Assembly: GCF_018350175.1 (NCBI RefSeq) | Contig: NC_058369.1 | Coordinates: 16,928,001-16,992,000, forward strand | Reading direction: 5' to 3' | From: Felis catus | Taxonomy: Eukaryota | DNA length: 64,000 bases | Shown here: positions 59,901 through 64,000 of the stretch, one piece after another | Layout: every line of letters starts with the position of its first letter | Position numbering within the stretch: the first letter of the stretch is position 1 | Position numbers and translations under genes: made by a program | The notes under the pieces: generated by a model | Database searches by the model: none | Told to the model about the DNA's origin: nothing | Seen by the model: the letters and a program-made list of their open reading frames with translations, nothing else

Positions 59901-62900
59901 GGTACCTGGCTTCAGAGCAGCTCTTAGTAAGCATACTAATCATAATTCAGTAAAGCCCAAGGAATTGAGGGTTACGGTGAAGGAATATCACGGTCATTCA
60001 AGGGCTGAGCAGCAACCTTCTAAATTTCCCCCATCAAGCCTGCTGTCACCTACATGTTCCTGTCTGTATCGCGCCAGAGGAGCCCAGATGTGGTGCAGGC
60101 CCAATGGCAGCCTCCGCTGACCCCACGGGGAGGCCTGGAGCTAAAATGGGTCATCAGGATTGTCTGGCATTGGGCCAAGGTGGCCAGGGGTTTTGCCCCC
60201 AGCTGGATCAGTTGTTGGATGTGGGGGGGCCACCGTGAGAAGGGGGTGACCTCGAGCAGCTGACCAAGGTCCTTCCTGGGGGAGCGTCTGGGTGGTGGCA
60301 CTCAGACACAGGACGTGGGTGGGCACAGAGGTGGAGGTGCTGGAAGGACCATCAGGGCGAGGTTATGTGGAGGGAGGGCTGAAACGACAGAAACGGGGAA
60401 GATGACCTGGAAGCTTGGCCTGTGGGTGGACCCTGAGCCAGCTGGAGCTCTGGGAGTTGGGGGCTATGAACCCTGTTACATCCTGAAGCTCGGAACCATG
60501 CAACCTGCTGCCTACAGCTCCGCTGATGGGCTTACAAAGTCCGCCAGGAAGGAGAGCTTGTGTGGGAGCTTCACAGTTCACGAAGCGCCGTTCACACTCC
60601 CCATTGGCCATCCCCACCGCCGTCATTAGCTGGCTTTCAACGCCACTAACCCTACACCCCGGAACTGATGTAGCCAGAGAGGAGTTGATAGCAGGGGAAA
60701 AGCCAGGCCCCAGCCTGAACGATGACTTATGAAGGGCTTGGTTGGGGGTGTCCTGGTGGCACATTCAGCAAACACAAGGGTGGCGAAGATATGGGCAGTT
60801 AGAGCTTACATATTTCTAGAGGACACAACTAACTGTAGGGCTCAGAATAAGCTTACCAGGTTAGAAATACGAAACTTGGTTTTGACAAAGGCCAAGTCCA
60901 GCTCACAGGTCCCCAAACCCAACTGAAGAGTTAGAGCAGTCACGTTCCTCAGGAAAATGACCTCAGGGACTGCATGGGTATCAGTTCAGGACGACCCAAC
61001 AGAGGCATGCACGGTGCGGGCATGGGTATAAGGCAAGTTGTCAAGGTCCTCAGACCCAAGCAAGAAGAGTCCTCAGGGTCAAGGGACATGCCTGCTCAGA
61101 ATCCATACTCTCCTCTTCTAGGCCGCACTCGGTACCCGGAACCACAGAATCTCTTGCCCAAATGGCCCTGAGCCTGCTTCCTTAGCCCTCTCCCTGAGGG
61201 ATGGGGTCAGAGAGGCTGAGAGGTATAGACAGAGCTGGAACATGGGGATTCAGGTGTCCTTATGCGTGTTCCTGGTGTGTCTTGCATTGAAGGTGGAGAC
61301 AGGCCTAGGAGGGAAGGGGACCAGGCCGCAGGACTGCTGTCCCAGCTCCATCACACTCTGGGGCAGAACTCCAAGTTCAAGAATCCTACATGCAAGCTTA
61401 GCCTTCCAAGACATTAGGAGGGTACGAAGATCAAGTAGCAGAGCTTATTGAACGGTTAGTGTGAATCGTAACTTGTAAACTTTCAGACATGGATCTGCAT
61501 TTGTACTTCAGGTCTGGCCCTGTGAGTGCTGGGGTGAACCTGGGCAAGTGTCCCCTCTGGGTTCACACCTAGAGTACAGAGACCCCCAGACCCACCCAGG
61601 ATTTCCTGAGAAGAGCACCCAGGAAACCAGGGGGCCAGGAGAGCCATCATATGAGGGATGTCTGAAGGGATTAAGACATTCACCTGGAAGAAGAGAAGGT
61701 TCAGGAACAGAATTCTGGCTGTCCTTGAGTCCTGAAAAGACCATCAAGGCAACAAAGAGACTTCCTGATTCATTCCAAGTGAACAGAGAATGAAATGAGA
61801 ACCAGGAGGTGACATGGACAGAGGGGCCAGAGGGCTCAATAGAAAATGACCCGTTTAGGGATGCCTGGCTGGCTTAGTCGGTAGAGCATCCAACTCTTGA
61901 TCTCAGGGTTGTAAGTTCAAGCCCTACATTGGGCATGGAGCCTACTTAAAAAAAAATGACTCTTGTAACAAGAAGGTGTGGAAGGTGGCAGAAGAGGAAA
62001 AATGGACTGTGGAGGGAAGTCATGAGAGCCTTCTTGCTGATCTTGAAGGATTTTTCTAGAGGTGATTTAGGCTACAGAGAGGTGACCAGGACCAGCTGAT
62101 AATTAAGCTCTTCCCTGACCTGAGTCTGACTGATGAGTGGCACCTTGCAAGTCGCTCACAGACGAGGCCTCCCCTGGTCCCACCATCAAACATCTGAAAA
62201 CTCTTTCCATGTTCCAGGAAGTATAAATTTTGAGGTATAGAGCAGAGACGTCACAGCAGTACCTGGCAAGCCAGCTTGGCCCACCACACTTCAGAGGGGA
62301 CCTGCCATCTACTTTTGTTGGCCATGATCTCATCTGGTTTTGGGGGGCTTGGCAGGGTCTCTGGGGAGTGTGACAATTCTCACATGAACACATCTGCATG
62401 GATACCAGAGCAGAGTCCTGTGCCTGGTGCTTGGCAGGGCCTGGGTGGCCACAGGAGCCGAAGGGAGGTCTTTTTTCTTGTGGGAACTCATTCCAGTTGC
62501 CAGCAGAGTGAGGAACAGAGCTGTGTCACTTGGCTTTCTGGTGGTTATTCCTGGCAACCTTCCTCGGCCTTGTCATGGCCTTGGGCAGGGACCCAGTCTA
62601 CCCCAGGGTTTCCATTTCTCCGTTTGTAGAACAAGGGTGAACTTCTGCCCTGGCTGGCCACAGAGCCGGCCAGACCAGGAAGCATGCTGTCCTCCTTGAG
62701 AGGCTGAAGTGGCAGCCAGGGTAAAGACAAGTGAGAAGCGGGACCTGCCGCCTCCCAAGAGAGGCCCAATTAGGGCAGTGAGCAGTTCCCACCGGAGTCT
62801 CTGGCCAACCCTCAAAGCAGGCCGCGTGGGCAGGCAGCAGCGGGCTGTGTGATTAATGATGGCAGCTTGGGCCGCCCACTGGGCCTGGCCTCAGGAACTT

Positions 62901-63224
62901 CAAATGAGCACATGTAGTGCCAAGGGGGAAGCAGGCCAGCTCCGTTCCTTCTGCAGGGAAGGGATGAGAAGGAGCCAGCACAAGAGCACCCAGCAACAAC
63001 AAGGCAATGCCAAACAAAGGGCCATGCTTTTGAGGCCTACTGGGACCTCTGCACAAGCCTCCCCTGGGGACCCCAGAGATGGGGCGTCATCAGGGATCCA
63101 GAGATGGGTTCACTCTACAGGCCCCAATGAATACACCCTGAGGAAGGCTCAGTCCTCTTCCTGGCCCAAGGCTGTGGATGTAAATAAGAAACTGCCCTGT
63201 TCTCAGGGAACTAGAGTCTACAGT

Positions 63225-63420
63225 TCATTCATTCATTCATCCATCCATCCATCCATTCAATCATTCATACATCCATCCAATCATTCATTCATCCATGCAA
63301 TAAAGACTTCCACCTACCTGCAGTGTCCTGGAACCACAGTTGTGAACAAGACAGGATCTCTGCTCTCAAGAAACTACTGCTATTCCATGTAAGTCAGACA
63401 GAAAACAAGTACCCAATAAT
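63225..63420. mobile_element. L2 3' end with (CATT/CATC)n tail
   Basis: ttcattcattcattcatccatccatc... followed by cacctacctgcagtgtcctggaaccacagttgtgaacaagaca. Confidence 0.65.
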
Positions 63421-63439
63421 GAAAACCCAGAGAGGCAAC

Positions 63440-63685
63440 GGTGGGTATGAGCATTAACTCTAGGGTCAGAAATCCTAGGTTCAAATCCCAGTTCTAGCTC
63501 CACCTTCTGACCAAGAGGAAGCTATTTAAAACTTCTTTGCCTCAGCTTTCTTCTCTGGAAAGTGGGGATAATAAAAGCATCTATCGTATGGCATAGTTAC
63601 AAGGATTAAAAGAGTTAATATTTGTAAAGTACTTCAAACTGTAAATGGCATATAGTAAATACTGTACAAATATTTGTTAAAAAAT
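63440..63685 (+). mobile_element. MIR SINE, near full length
   Basis: ggttcaaatcccagttct B-box-like motif, tgcctcagctttcttctctggaaagtggggataata core, and gagttaatatttgtaaagtactt...catatagtaaatactgtacaaatattt tail. Confidence 0.8.
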
Positions 63686-64000
63686 AAAAATAGTGCCCAA
63701 TAGTGAAAAGTATTATGAGGACCTTAATGGGGAGGGTGTGTGTGGAGGGAAGCATATTAGAAAAGGGAAAAGTTGAAATGCTTTTGGCTTCCAGAAACCT
63801 GAAGACAGAACAGCTCCAGAACTGGCCAGTTCTTATGTGCAGTGATATCTCTGAAGAACCAGGCACTCTCCATTTCTCTGTGTTGCTATCTTTAGCCTTG
63901 CCCTCAGGCTAGTGCCCTCACAGTCTGAAGGTGGCTGTTGCAGTGCCAGGCATTACAGGCAGGCATGACATTTACTAAAGAGATCATCATTTCCTGGCAG

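Larger units (their letters stand above)
232..61957. mobile_element. About 60 dispersed CAN-SINE (SINEC) copies of several ages on both strands (summary entry)
   Basis: Recurring ggg(g/t)gcctgggtggctcagt head, (CT)n region and aaaataaa tail, e.g. 232, 387, 551, 974, 1832, 4756, 6546, 8895, 11836, 12108, 13152, 17022, 17243, 20394, 23295, 28428, 28624, 29935, 32733, 33579, 39877, 40111, 41707, 52440, 57173, 57478 (+) and 16096, 24637, 25362, 27041, 29662, 29901, 30800, 33320, 35345, 39045, 42860, 46357, 51633, 57110, 58594 (-). They explain most of the ...AQVMIS...[13 protein letters not shown] ORFs. Confidence 0.93.

Noticed and set aside
232..61957. tRNA genes at the A/B-box-like heads (gtggctcagt...gagttcgagccc)
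   Set aside because: These are tRNA-derived CAN-SINE heads followed by CT-rich bodies and A tails, not cloverleaf tRNAs.
62131..62197. C/D-box snoRNA-like TGATGA...CTGA spacing
   Set aside because: No terminal stem, no plus-strand host intron and no recognisable guide sequence.
57700..64000. CSPG5 3' exons expected from synteny
   Set aside because: No ORF here resembles neuroglycan C as far as I can recognise; the gene probably lies beyond the window.

Overview
Mammalian genomic DNA from a felid, probably the domestic cat or a close relative, judged from dozens of tRNA-derived CAN-SINEs with the felid SINEC_Fc body and carnivore/felid L1s. One complete protein-coding gene is present: ELP6 (Elongator subunit 6), minus strand, 7 coding exons from 44621 down to 31907. 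All introns are GT-AG and the exons sum to 801 nt (266 aa + TGA). It has a CpG-island promoter at about 44.15-44.95 kb. A second CpG island at about 21.4-22.1 kb holds a minus-strand non-coding first exon, most likely SCAP exon 1 (recalled SCAP-ELP6-CSPG5 synteny and 5'UTR resemblance), so 1-21752 would be SCAP intron 1. The rest is mostly repeats: nested L1s, about 60 CAN-SINEs, a U6 snRNA retro-pseudogene, MIR, L2, MER5/MER58 and LTRs. I found no evidence of a genuinely new biological system. The best leads are a (UG)21 tract beside a cryptic 3' splice site ahead of ELP6 exon 2, inverted SINE pairs around frame-preserving ELP6 exons, candidate cassette exons in the putative SCAP 5'UTR intron, and nested insertions with readable target-site duplications (TSDs). 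Repeat names and human comparisons are from memory, not from searches, and repeat boundaries are approximate.
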